Below, in pieces: positions 20,695-30,312 of a DNA stretch of 64,000 nucleotides (the stretch's first letter is position 1; the number at the start of each line of letters is the position of its first letter). Source of the stretch: a virus. Position numbers and translations under genes: made by a program. The notes under the pieces were generated by a model, which worked only from the letters and a program-made list of their open reading frames with translations, had not been told where the DNA came from and ran no database searches. The stretch spans positions 35,127 through 99,126 of the IMG/VR virus record IMGVR_UViG_3300007513_000015; one strand, written 5' to 3'.

Positions 20695-21666
20695 ATGGAT
20701 ATTTTAACATTAGGTAAAATGAATGAAATGGCCAAGAGCAACAATGTGGCTCTTGAGTTGATGGCAAATCACGTTTATGATGCGCTTTCAGATATTAATA
20801 CAGTTCAAGCTGGTAATGTCAATTGTGTTAATAGTGTTGTTCAAGAAGGTGTTGACAATTTAAATGAAATGGGCGATTCTTATCTACAGGAGCCTCAAAA
20901 ACACTTTTATATTTACAACACAAATCACTGGTCAGTAACGAACGGTGGATGTTGCCTACAATGGACTGTTCCTACTGGAACTCGATTAATTACATTTGAG
21001 ATTCTATCTGGTGGCGGACCGGGTGGTTCTTCAGGACACGACTATGACTCAGGTCACGGTGGAGCAGGCGGTAACTATAATGAAAAAACACTCTGCCTAG
21101 AAGCAGGTAACTTTAACTCTACAGCAGGAAGTGAATCAGTTTATACACTTTGTTCTGGTGGAACATCTCAGTGTAATTGTTGTGCTAGTTGTAACAGGTC
21201 TTGTAGACACGGATGTACGTCCTATGTAACCGGACCGGGACTATCAAACTTTTGTGCGATAGGTGGACACGGTGGTTCAACTTCTTGGGATGTTAACTCT
21301 CATTGTTATAACTGTCATATCGGTAACCAACAGTGTGACTTAGGTAACTACAACGCAGGTTGGGTATCAAATAACTGTAACGAGGCAACGCAAGGTGGAG
21401 ATATGTGTTTCAGAGGAATTTCTGGCTCACATACAAAACAATACGATTGTTGTTCAGACACGAACTCATTTGCGGGTGGACCTTCGGGACCATTTACAGT
21501 ATCAGGCACTTCTGTTAATAAGCACTGGTGTACTGGGAATATGGCTTGTTGTAATGCTCACGCGGCCTTCCCGGGCGGTGGTGGAAGTGGACACGCATCT
21601 GGTTCTGGCTCGGCTTGTTGGGGAAGTTTCGGTGCAGGTGGATTAGTCAAAGTGACTTACCAATAA
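20695..21666 (+). CDS. Cys/Gly-rich tail-fibre-like protein 2 (paralog of 19021)
   Basis: Same MDILTLGKMN start; WTVPTG...TFEILSGGGPGG...GGLVKVTY; ~23 Cys. Confidence 0.65.
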   Translation: MDILTLGKMNEMAKSNNVALELMANHVYDALSDINTVQAGNVNCVNSVVQEGVDNLNEMGDSYLQEPQKHFYIYNTNHWSVTNGGCCLQWTVPTGTRLITFEILSGGGPGGSSGHDYDSGHGGAGGNYNEKTLCLEAGNFNSTAGSESVYTLCSGGTSQCNCCASCNRSCRHGCTSYVTGPGLSNFCAIGGHGGSTSWDVNSHCYNCHIGNQQCDLGNYNAGWVSNNCNEATQGGDMCFRGISGSHTKQYDCCSDTNSFAGGPSGPFTVSGTSVNKHWCTGNMACCNAHAAFPGGGGSGHASGSGSACWGSFGAGGLVKVTYQ

Positions 21667-21695
21667 TAAATATGAATTTTAGGAGATAGAATAAA

Positions 21696-22439
21696 ATGGC
21701 AAATGTACAAAAAGTCGTAACTTATGACTTGCCTGACGAGTTTGAACAGGCTGTCCCAACAACTGCGTTAGGTAAAACGTCAACGCAAAGTTATGATGGG
21801 CCTGAAACTCTAATCCTGTGGATTGACAAAGAGTCACAAGACATCGAACAAACTTGGAACAAGGATGAATATACAGAACGTCCTGTTCCTTTGAATTGCG
21901 AAGTTAAAGAACTACACGCTGACACAGATGAGAATACGATTAAAATCGGAATGCTCTTCGGTGGATTTGAAGAAGTAATTAAACTTTATGAAGTTCAGGT
22001 AGGACCTGCTGAAGATGATAATGCGGTTCTCAGAGACCCATCTGACCCACGTCAAATCTTTTCAGAAAATGACATCATTGATGACTACACTAAGCCTCTA
22101 GTTTTTAGAACTGACTGGCGTAGGTATGATGATGCGTTCGTCCGTAGTGAACGTAATGCTAAATTGAAGCAGTCTGATTCCAGAATCGCTGAAGATATGC
22201 CTGACGAAGTTAAAGCAAAATGGTTAGCATATAGACAGAAATTGAGGGATATTCCTGCGGATTGGGCGGCTGTTCCAAATCATATGATTAAATGGCCTAC
22301 TGACCCTGACGGAGAGTATGATGAACCTTTGGTTCGTGGAGAAGATCCAGATAACCCAGTAATTATGATTGCAGACAGAGGGCCATCTGATGCAGATGCT
22401 ATCGCTCAGTTAGCACCTATTAGTGGCGTTGATGAATAA
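21696..22439 (+). CDS. Tail fibre assembly chaperone-like protein 2
   Basis: VRSERNAKLKQSD...WLAYRQKLRDIP...WP motif. Confidence 0.72.
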   Translation: MANVQKVVTYDLPDEFEQAVPTTALGKTSTQSYDGPETLILWIDKESQDIEQTWNKDEYTERPVPLNCEVKELHADTDENTIKIGMLFGGFEEVIKLYEVQVGPAEDDNAVLRDPSDPRQIFSENDIIDDYTKPLVFRTDWRRYDDAFVRSERNAKLKQSDSRIAEDMPDEVKAKWLAYRQKLRDIPADWAAVPNHMIKWPTDPDGEYDEPLVRGEDPDNPVIMIADRGPSDADAIAQLAPISGVDE

Positions 22440-22455
22440 GATTTAAAGATACACC

Positions 22456-22494
22456 AAAAGAGGCTCTGTTTCTTCCTGAAACAGAGCCTTTTTT
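22456..22494 (+). terminator. Rho-independent terminator
   Basis: AGGCTCTGTTTC-ttcct-GAAACAGAGCCT followed by a T-run. Confidence 0.85.
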
Positions 22495-22499
22495 ATGCG

Positions 22500-22537
22500 T
22501 ATAAATACTTGACAAATAGAGCGAACTATAGTATAAT
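22500..22537 (+). promoter_or_regulatory. Adjacent late (TATAAATA) and sigma70-type (TTGACA-17-TATAAT) promoters
   Basis: TATAAATA 22500-22507; TTGACA 22509-22514; TATAAT 22532-22537. Confidence 0.85.
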
Positions 22538-22577
22538 AGTTCCAATTATAGATTATTAAAACAAGTGAGGTGAAACA

Positions 22578-23627
22578 ATGAGTCGTTCCAAGGCTTTCTT
22601 TATTAATGGTGGTGCCGGTCGGGTACTATGTTCAATTCCTGCTCTCGAAAGATATGCAGAGGACTCAGGTGATGAGGACTTTGTAATTGTTTGTGAAGCT
22701 GGTATGGATTTCTATCGCGGTCATCCAATTCTTCATAAACACGCATATGAAGTGTGGCATAAAGGTCTTTTTGAGAATCATCTAAAAGACAAAGATATTG
22801 TTACTCCAGAGCCATATCGAGTTCACGATTATTTCAATCAAAATTGTAATCTTACTCAAGCGTTTGATATTGAAATTAATGGTCTTGAAGAGCCAAGAGT
22901 AGTGAATGATCCTTCAATTAAACTCAACAAAATGGAATTGATTGTAGGATTTCAAACTATTCAAGAAATCAAGGCTACCACAGGAAAAGATAAGGTTCTT
23001 GTTGTACAACCATTTGGTAGAAGTGTTACACAAATGGGAGAATTTATTGTTGATCCCTCTTCTAGGTCTTTTGAACTTCAAAATATCATTAACATCATTC
23101 AAGGTCTACGAAAAGAATATGCTATCATTATGATGAGTGAGTTGAAAATTCCTCTACCAACTGATGAGAATAATATAATTGCGGCACCACAAGAGCCTGA
23201 TTTAAGAAAATGGGCAGCAATGATTAATTCAGCGGACCATTTCTTAGGATGTGACTCTGTTGGACAGCATATCGCAAAGGCACTTGGTAAAACTGCAACA
23301 GTAGTAACAGGATCAACAGTGCCTGAAAATATCAGTTATCCAGATTTCGTAGATTTTGATGTTATAGATATTGGTGAAGGTAAAAGAAAATATTCTCCTA
23401 TTCGTATAGCTATGGATGATGAATGTGATAGAGTAAATGATGAGGTTATGATGATGGATGAATATCAAGAGAAAGAGGTTATCGACTCTTGTAAACAATT
23501 CCTAGGTGAAGGAAAGAAGTTTGAAGGTTCTTTTACTCCAACACAACAGGGCGGTTGCGGAACTTGTGGCACAAGTGAATCTCTGCCTAAGTATGATTTT
23601 AATACTACTAACCTTCTGGAGAATTAA
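22578..23627 (+). CDS. GT-B glycosyltransferase, GT9/heptosyltransferase-like
   Basis: NGGAGRVLCSIPAL N-terminus and ADHFLGCDSVGQHIAKALGK match the GT9 pattern (DSGxxHxAxAL). Confidence 0.65.
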   Translation: MSRSKAFFINGGAGRVLCSIPALERYAEDSGDEDFVIVCEAGMDFYRGHPILHKHAYEVWHKGLFENHLKDKDIVTPEPYRVHDYFNQNCNLTQAFDIEINGLEEPRVVNDPSIKLNKMELIVGFQTIQEIKATTGKDKVLVVQPFGRSVTQMGEFIVDPSSRSFELQNIINIIQGLRKEYAIIMMSELKIPLPTDENNIIAAPQEPDLRKWAAMINSADHFLGCDSVGQHIAKALGKTATVVTGSTVPENISYPDFVDFDVIDIGEGKRKYSPIRIAMDDECDRVNDEVMMMDEYQEKEVIDSCKQFLGEGKKFEGSFTPTQQGGCGTCGTSESLPKYDFNTTNLLEN

Positions 23628-23630
23628 ATT

Positions 23631-25367
23631 ATGAGTCAGTGGATTGCGGGAATTGCTCTAGGGCATAATGCTGGCGTTTGTTTATTAAAAGATGGTGAAA
23701 TTATTTTCTCTGTTGAGGAAGAAAGACTATCAAAGTTTAAGCACGACGGTGGTCCTCTTCTCAGTATGATGAAAATCTTAGACTATACAGATAAACTTGA
23801 TTATCTGATAATCTCTCATTTAATAGCTAATCCACAAGACATAAAAGAATACACGGTTTTAGAATATACTAGAGAACCTCTTTATCAAGGATTTGCCAGA
23901 AGATTAGGATTAATTGAACAATCAAAACCACTTGAAGAACAATCACCACAAGTTATCAATATGGTTGATAACCATCATCAATGTCACTCCGCAATTGCTT
24001 TTTACAATTCTGGATTTCAGACAGCGGCGAGTGTTATTGTAGATAGCAATGGAAGTTCTAATATGTTGACGCCAAACGGAGAAATATATTATGAAACAGA
24101 ATCTATTTTTGATTGTTCTTATACAAAAGGAATAAAAACATTATATAAAAAGGTTCATTGTACTAAGGGGAAAAGTTATTTATTACCAGACAATCATAAT
24201 GCAGATTTGAACGAAACGTTTGAGTTAGAGGCTGATGAAGGTCCGGGCATTGGTAAAGTGTGGGATGCGGTCACAGAGTTTTGTGGATTTCACGTAAACG
24301 AATGTGGAAAGACAATGGGATTATCTGCATACGGCGCACCAAACCCAAACTTACCAGACTTATTTCAAAATGATACTGCTAATAAAGATTTGATAAAAGC
24401 ATTTTATCCATACAGATCCGAACTGAATACAAACAAATATAATATTTTAGATGTTTTGGAATCAGCCGATCAGGATATGGCTTTCAAAGTACAAAAGGAA
24501 ACCCAAGAACAAGTCTTAAAGTTAATTATCAAAGCATCCGAGATGAGTAACAATAAGAATGTGGTATTAAGTGGAGGCTATGCTCTCAATTGTGTTTCTA
24601 ATTATTATTACTTGGATAAACTGAAAGAACACGATATTAATTTGTATGTAGAACCAAATTCGTCTGATGCTGGAACTGCAACTGGTGCCGCCTTGTTATA
24701 TCATTATCGAAAAGGTGATATAAATAAACGAAAAAGAATTGAGAGTTTATATCTAGGGCCGGAACAAAAGTATACCGGTTACGATGTTTTTCAAATTATT
24801 GACAGTTACAATGGACAAGTGAATGATGCTTCATATAAAGAAATTGCCGAACTAATTAAAGAAGGAAATATAGTTGCTATATTTCAGGGTAGGTCTGAGA
24901 TTGGACCTAGAGCATTAGGAAATAGAAGTATTTTGTTCAATCCAACCATAAAAAATGGCAAAGATATCGTAAACAAAGTAAAGAAACGGGAATATTTTAG
25001 ACCATTTGCCGCTTCAGTAATGAAAGAATATGCTCACGATTGGTTTGATATGAAAGGTTTAAAGGAGTCTCCTAATATGATGTATGCTGTTAATGTTAAA
25101 GAAGATAAGAAAAATTTAATACCAGCAGTTTTACACGTAGATGATACTTGCAGAATACAGACCGTTAATAAAAATGTAAATGAACATTATTATAATCTCA
25201 TTGAGGAGTTTTATAAATTAACAGGTATACCGTTATTGTTCAATACTTCATTGAATCTAGCAGGAGATCCTTTAGCGGAAACTCTTAATGATGTGATGGA
25301 AATTTTAACCGATTCGGAAATAGAATATTGTTATATGCCCGAACACGCAACTTTAATTAAATTATAA
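23631..25367 (+). CDS. O-carbamoyltransferase, NodU/CmcH family (copy 1, diverged)
   Basis: EEERLS, HHQCH, GKTMGLSAYG, SGGYALNC, SEIGPRALGNRS, KKREYFRPFA, NTSLN. Confidence 0.88.
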   Translation: MSQWIAGIALGHNAGVCLLKDGEIIFSVEEERLSKFKHDGGPLLSMMKILDYTDKLDYLIISHLIANPQDIKEYTVLEYTREPLYQGFARRLGLIEQSKPLEEQSPQVINMVDNHHQCHSAIAFYNSGFQTAASVIVDSNGSSNMLTPNGEIYYETESIFDCSYTKGIKTLYKKVHCTKGKSYLLPDNHNADLNETFELEADEGPGIGKVWDAVTEFCGFHVNECGKTMGLSAYGAPNPNLPDLFQNDTANKDLIKAFYPYRSELNTNKYNILDVLESADQDMAFKVQKETQEQVLKLIIKASEMSNNKNVVLSGGYALNCVSNYYYLDKLKEHDINLYVEPNSSDAGTATGAALLYHYRKGDINKRKRIESLYLGPEQKYTGYDVFQIIDSYNGQVNDASYKEIAELIKEGNIVAIFQGRSEIGPRALGNRSILFNPTIKNGKDIVNKVKKREYFRPFAASVMKEYAHDWFDMKGLKESPNMMYAVNVKEDKKNLIPAVLHVDDTCRIQTVNKNVNEHYYNLIEEFYKLTGIPLLFNTSLNLAGDPLAETLNDVMEILTDSEIEYCYMPEHATLIKL

Positions 25368-25376
25368 GGATAAAAT

Positions 25377-27149
25377 ATGAGTCAGTGGATTGCGGGAATT
25401 GCTCGAGGACATAATGGCGGTATTTGTCTTTTGAAAGATGGTGAAATTGTTTTTGCTATTGAAGAAGAAAGACTATCCCGAAGAAAATATGATGGTGGAC
25501 CATTTGCATCTATAGTCAAAATTCTTGATTATACAGATAAACTAGATTATCTTGTAATATCACACACACAATCAGATGAAAGTCGTGTTGACTTTTCTGG
25601 TGATAATGTATATGCTGGTCTAGCGAGAAAACTTCGATTGATTGAATCAGAAGATCAAATTATTGATATGCATAAATGGCATCATAAAATGCACGCCGCT
25701 TGTGCTTTCTATCGTTCTGGTTTTGAATCCGCAACAGCATTGATTGTTGATGGAGCTGGCACGTTTATTCCAATGAATATTAATATGCAACAAGAAATGA
25801 CTTGGGAACTTGAAACGATTTTTGATTGTAAGTATCCGGCAGACTTCAAAACTCTTTATAAGCATCAAGGCGGGAGAGGCCCTTGGACATCTGCTCATTA
25901 CACTGATATGGATTCAGAAAGAGAAGGTGAAGAAGGCACGCACGAAATGATTCTTGATGATAGTGCAGGTATTGTAAAAGCGTATGAAGCAGTAACACAA
26001 TATTGTGGCTGGCAACCAATCGAGGCGGGTAAGACTATGGGGCTGTTTCCGTATGGTAAGCCGAATGATAATATTCCTGATATCTATACAGATGGGAATG
26101 GTGGTGATTGGAAAACAACAGATAGAAATGTAATTATTCCAACATATCCCAATGGCGCGCTTGTTAACGCAGGAAGATATAAAGAATTGAGAGAGTGGAA
26201 TGATGGGGATGTAACATTGCTCCAAAATCGTAGAGATATGGCATATGCGATTCAAACTGAATCGCAAGCTATGGTTCTTGATTTGATTCGTAAAGCAGTC
26301 GATAAGAGTGGAAATAAAAATGTAGTTCTTTCTGGTGGATATGGTTTGAATTGTGTAGCAAATTATTGGTATCTTGAGCAATTGAAAGATGAAGATATCA
26401 ATCTATATGTTGAACCAATTTCAAATGATGCAGGAACAGCAGTTGGAGCGGCAATGTTAGCATATCATTCTATAACAAAAGATAATAATGTACGTCCTTT
26501 TGGTGAGTCATTATTCCTTGGTCCTGTACAGAAGAACACTACAGAAGAGATTGTTGAGATTGCAAAGAATTATGGTGCAACTGGTGTATTTGATAAGCAG
26601 TATGCTCCTGATGCAGTTAAGTTGATTTTGAAAGGGAATATAGTAACACTATTCCAGGATAGATGTGAGAATGGGCCGAGAGCATTGGGCAACCGTTCTA
26701 TTCTCTTTGATCCTCGTACGCTTGATGGTAAAGACTACGTGAATAAAGTCAAGCATAGAGAATACTTCCGCCCATTTGCTGGTTCAATCTTACACGAACA
26801 CGCACACGAATGGTTTGATATGAGAGGGCTTGAAGAGTCTCCACATATGATGTATGCTATGAATTGCGCTTCTGATGAATATGCAGAACAGATTCCAGCA
26901 ATCATTCACGTTGATGGTACTTGTAGAATTCAGACTGTAAAGGAACATCAAAATCCAGTCTATTATGAAATGATTGACCACTTCTACAAAGAAACTGGAG
27001 TACCAATTCTTTTCAATACTTCTTTCAATCTTGGTGGTGAACCGCTTGTTGAAACGATTGATGATGCGATTCGTACCCTTGCTAATAGTGATATTGAATA
27101 TCTTTATATTCCAGATAATGATCTAATAATTGAGGTGAAAAACAAATGA
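25377..27149 (+). CDS. O-carbamoyltransferase, NodU/CmcH family (copy 2)
   Basis: EEERLSR, HHKMHA, VDGAG, GKTMGL, GPRALGNRS, REYFRPFA, HVDGTCRIQTV, NTSFN. Confidence 0.92.
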   Translation: MSQWIAGIARGHNGGICLLKDGEIVFAIEEERLSRRKYDGGPFASIVKILDYTDKLDYLVISHTQSDESRVDFSGDNVYAGLARKLRLIESEDQIIDMHKWHHKMHAACAFYRSGFESATALIVDGAGTFIPMNINMQQEMTWELETIFDCKYPADFKTLYKHQGGRGPWTSAHYTDMDSEREGEEGTHEMILDDSAGIVKAYEAVTQYCGWQPIEAGKTMGLFPYGKPNDNIPDIYTDGNGGDWKTTDRNVIIPTYPNGALVNAGRYKELREWNDGDVTLLQNRRDMAYAIQTESQAMVLDLIRKAVDKSGNKNVVLSGGYGLNCVANYWYLEQLKDEDINLYVEPISNDAGTAVGAAMLAYHSITKDNNVRPFGESLFLGPVQKNTTEEIVEIAKNYGATGVFDKQYAPDAVKLILKGNIVTLFQDRCENGPRALGNRSILFDPRTLDGKDYVNKVKHREYFRPFAGSILHEHAHEWFDMRGLEESPHMMYAMNCASDEYAEQIPAIIHVDGTCRIQTVKEHQNPVYYEMIDHFYKETGVPILFNTSFNLGGEPLVETIDDAIRTLANSDIEYLYIPDNDLIIEVKNK

Positions 27150-27991
27150 TAGTTGTTACAGGTGGTGCAGGCTTCATTGGAAGTCGATTGATTAAAGCAT
27201 TAAATCAAGAGGGTATTGAAGATATTCTTTTAGTTGATGATTTGACAGATGGTTCTAAAGTCAACAATATTAAAGACTTGAAAATATTTGAATATACTGA
27301 TAAAGATAAATTTATTGAACTTTTACCACTATTAACGGGTCAGAAATTAATAGATTGTATATATCATTTGGGTGCTGAATCTTCAACTAAATGTACTGAT
27401 GGTAAATATCTAATGGATAATAATTATCAATACACTTGTAGTATATTGAGTATATGTTCTTCTGAAAACGTGCCAGTAGTATATGCTTCGTCTGCTAGTG
27501 TGTATGGTAACAGCACAACATTTAATGATAAATCTGATGATTATCAACCAAACAATATGTATGGTTTTTCTAAACTTCTCGCTGATAAATTTGCCAGACG
27601 TTTAATGAATAATAGTAAGATTATTGGACTTCGATATTTCAATGTGTATTCAGATGGTGAGTTTGAAACCCATAAAGACGGAATGAAATCACCAACTGCT
27701 TGGTTGAAAGATCAATATGAGTCAACAGGTAAGGTTCAATTGTTTGAAGGATCAGATGAGTTCAAACGAGACTTTATAAGCATTGATATGACAATCAATA
27801 AAACCATTCAGATGATGAATTCTGGTAATTCAGGAATCTATAATATCGGCACAGGTACAGCAAGATCCTTTGTTGATATGGCCAAAACTATAGATGAAAA
27901 TATTGAAATTGAATATATCCCTATGCCAGAAGATTTGAAAGAACATTATCAATCATTCACTGAGGCTGATATGACAAATTATCCTTTTTGA
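27146..27991 (+). CDS. hldD: ADP-L-glycero-D-manno-heptose 6-epimerase
   Basis: VTGGAGFIGS, DGKYLMDNNYQY, YASSASVYG, YGFSK, LRYFNVY, YQSFTEAD match HldD/RfaD. Confidence 0.88.
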   Translation: MIVVTGGAGFIGSRLIKALNQEGIEDILLVDDLTDGSKVNNIKDLKIFEYTDKDKFIELLPLLTGQKLIDCIYHLGAESSTKCTDGKYLMDNNYQYTCSILSICSSENVPVVYASSASVYGNSTTFNDKSDDYQPNNMYGFSKLLADKFARRLMNNSKIIGLRYFNVYSDGEFETHKDGMKSPTAWLKDQYESTGKVQLFEGSDEFKRDFISIDMTINKTIQMMNSGNSGIYNIGTGTARSFVDMAKTIDENIEIEYIPMPEDLKEHYQSFTEADMTNYPF

Positions 27992-28335
27992 GAATCCCCA
28001 GGTCTGATACGGTAATTATCTTCGGTAGTATCCTCACTTGATGCTTCGATAATTACCGTATCGTTTTCTAAACAAGTCACCTGATGTGGAGTCATTGGTT
28101 CAATATGAATAGTTCCCCCTTGATTCACAATCATAACTCTTGTGGATGAATCTCTCATATCCATTAATTCAACCTCAATTGCACCACTCTGGACCAACCA
28201 CGTTTCAGTCTTATTCTTATGAAAATGCATTGATGATTGATGGCCCCTTCTATGAAAGTGAAGTTCTTTCATACAATATTGCTCATTACTTTCAATGATT
28301 CGTTCGTGTCCCCATCCTTTTTCAATCTTTTCCAT
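27979..28335 (-). CDS. Cupin-fold sugar isomerase-like protein
   Basis: KGWGHE...SMHFHKNKTETW...PMTPHQ...DNYRIRPGD cupin motifs. Confidence 0.75.
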   Translation of the reverse strand: MEKIEKGWGHERIIESNEQYCMKELHFHRRGHQSSMHFHKNKTETWLVQSGAIEVELMDMRDSSTRVMIVNQGGTIHIEPMTPHQVTCLENDTVIIEASSEDTTEDNYRIRPGDSQKG

Positions 28336-29572
28336 TCTTCACTCTCTCAATCGTATTAGTTGTACTCTTACCCTCAATCGTTGGAATTATCACAACATTT
28401 TCTACTAAGTCATTACCAATAACTTCATCAAAAGTGTAATCTCCTCCCTTTATCAGTATATCAGGCTCTAATGTTTTAATCAAGTCATATGGAGTATCAT
28501 CTTCAAAAATAATTACACTATCGACCCCATCTATTGCTTCTAATACAGCCTTTCTCTCATACATATCATTCACTGGTTCACGCTTGATACGTCTTACTGA
28601 ATTATCACTATTCAATCCTACAATCAATCTATCACCAAATCGACTTGCTTTCTGTAGAAGAGCAATATGGCCAGAATGGATGATATCAAAACAACCATTA
28701 GTAAATACCACTGTTTCTTTTACGGCAGCTTTGTCTGGGGTAGCAGTTCCTAATTTACTCACAACATTTCCAGCCGCTTTATTGGAATACTTCATTGCAT
28801 TCTTAACCCCCTTCGGTAAGAAAAGAGCAAACGTAGCAATCACGGTATCTCCAGCTCCAGTAACATCTATCACTTCCTTTGCTTCTGTAGGCAAATAGAT
28901 TGATGATGCATCCCTGCCAATCCAGTGCATTCCTCCTGCACCTAGAGTGACAAGAATTCCATCTAGTTTCAGTTCTTTCACTACACGAAGAGCATTCATT
29001 GCAGTAAATACTCCATATGTTTCCTCAAACTCTTTCTTATTTGGGGTTAAACAGAATGCCCCACGATATTTATTCCAATCTGTACCCTTAGGATCAACTA
29101 AAACGGGGCAAGTATTATTATCAATAATATCTTGAATATATGATTCTGATAAGGTTCCTTTATTGTAGTCCGATAGTATTATAACGTCAGGAGACTGCGT
29201 AGGAGCGTTGGCCTCGTCTTTAATCACTCCAGAATCTATTCTGCATAGTTGATGCTCGTTCGCAAGGATACGGGTCTTTTTAAGCGTTTTGGAGTTACAA
29301 CCATATTTAAGATTATATTCAATTCCCTCGTCTGCTAGAATAGCAGTGATTATTTCAGAATCTTTATCATAACCAACAGAACTGTAAAGAGTAACATCTT
29401 TAGTAAACACACGCACGTTTTGAGCAACATTACCAGCTCCACCAAGATGATGTGTCTCTTTTACAGAATCAACCACTGGTACTGGAGATTCGGGTGATAT
29501 CCGATTAGCCACCCCATTACAGTATTCATCTAACATCAAATCACCGATCACGATTACTTGGTTATTCATCAT
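28322..29572 (-). CDS. hldE: Bifunctional heptose-7-phosphate kinase / heptose-1-phosphate adenylyltransferase
   Basis: IGDLMLDEY, RISPESPVPV, GGAGNVA, DVTGAGDTV (PfkB) plus FTNGCFDIIHSGH, KGGDY, GKSTT; start moved to the ATG at 29572 (GGA upstream). Confidence 0.92.
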   Translation of the reverse strand: MMNNQVIVIGDLMLDEYCNGVANRISPESPVPVVDSVKETHHLGGAGNVAQNVRVFTKDVTLYSSVGYDKDSEIITAILADEGIEYNLKYGCNSKTLKKTRILANEHQLCRIDSGVIKDEANAPTQSPDVIILSDYNKGTLSESYIQDIIDNNTCPVLVDPKGTDWNKYRGAFCLTPNKKEFEETYGVFTAMNALRVVKELKLDGILVTLGAGGMHWIGRDASSIYLPTEAKEVIDVTGAGDTVIATFALFLPKGVKNAMKYSNKAAGNVVSKLGTATPDKAAVKETVVFTNGCFDIIHSGHIALLQKASRFGDRLIVGLNSDNSVRRIKREPVNDMYERKAVLEAIDGVDSVIIFEDDTPYDLIKTLEPDILIKGGDYTFDEVIGNDLVENVVIIPTIEGKSTTNTIERVKNGKD

Positions 29573-29588
29573 ATCTAATTTCCATTCA

Positions 29589-29596
29589 TATAAATA
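29589..29596 (+). promoter_or_regulatory. Late promoter TATAAATA
   Basis: Exact consensus upstream of 29629. Confidence 0.65.
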
Positions 29597-29628
29597 TATC
29601 AATATTGTAAATATATATAAGGTAAAAA

Positions 29629-29904
29629 ATGAACGATAACACAGAAGTAGTTTCAGAACGACTGTGGATTGCCGTTGATAATATGAAAGAACGAATAACA
29701 AGACTCGAGGAACAAATGAAAACTGTCTACAACAAGACAGAGAGAATCGAATCGAAGTTGGATAAGTTGATTGAGCAAGGCACAGATCACGAGGTTGACA
29801 TAGCCACTAATCAAATTCAGATTAGTAATGGCGAGAGGATATTTTGGCTTATTATTTCTGCCACGATTGGTTTAATTATGTATTGGGTGAAAGGTGGAGT
29901 ATAG
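29629..29904 (+). CDS. Coiled-coil protein with C-terminal TM helix
   Basis: RITRLEEQ heptads and IFWLIISATIGLIMYWV. Confidence 0.65.
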   Translation: MNDNTEVVSERLWIAVDNMKERITRLEEQMKTVYNKTERIESKLDKLIEQGTDHEVDIATNQIQISNGERIFWLIISATIGLIMYWVKGGV

Positions 29905-29907
29905 TAT

Positions 29908-30312
29908 ATGGAAATATTGATAGAGGTTGAGAGATTTTTCTTAATATTTGTTACTGCAATTTCAATCGGTGGATTTTTATTCACATTGAGGCATAGAGGA
30001 TATTATAGTGTTTGGGCAAGGTCATCTATTTTGATGGGAGCTATTTCATCATTTTTTTTGACATTTACTTGCAATTTTGATGTTGTTTCTCATACAAATT
30101 TAAATGAATATTCAGAACCATTGTTTGCTTCAATTCATATATTAACATCTTTGTCTTTGTTATTGTTCACATACACAATTTTAAGATTTAAGTGGAAATG
30201 GCATACAGAATGTAGGTTATTTTCTAATGGTAAAGTTTATTGTGAGGATATTCCAGAATGTAAATATAATCTTGACATAAATAGTGAGGAAGAGGTAAAA
30301 AATAATGGCTAA
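29908..30312 (+). CDS. Hypothetical membrane protein (~3 TM)
   Basis: Three hydrophobic stretches; RBS present. Confidence 0.55.
   Translation: MEILIEVERFFLIFVTAISIGGFLFTLRHRGYYSVWARSSILMGAISSFFLTFTCNFDVVSHTNLNEYSEPLFASIHILTSLSLLLFTYTILRFKWKWHTECRLFSNGKVYCEDIPECKYNLDINSEEEVKNNG

Noticed and set aside
29573-29701. N-terminal extension of HldE in the ORF track
   Set aside because: It overlaps the divergent 29629 gene and its promoter; HldE similarity starts at MMNNQVIVIGD
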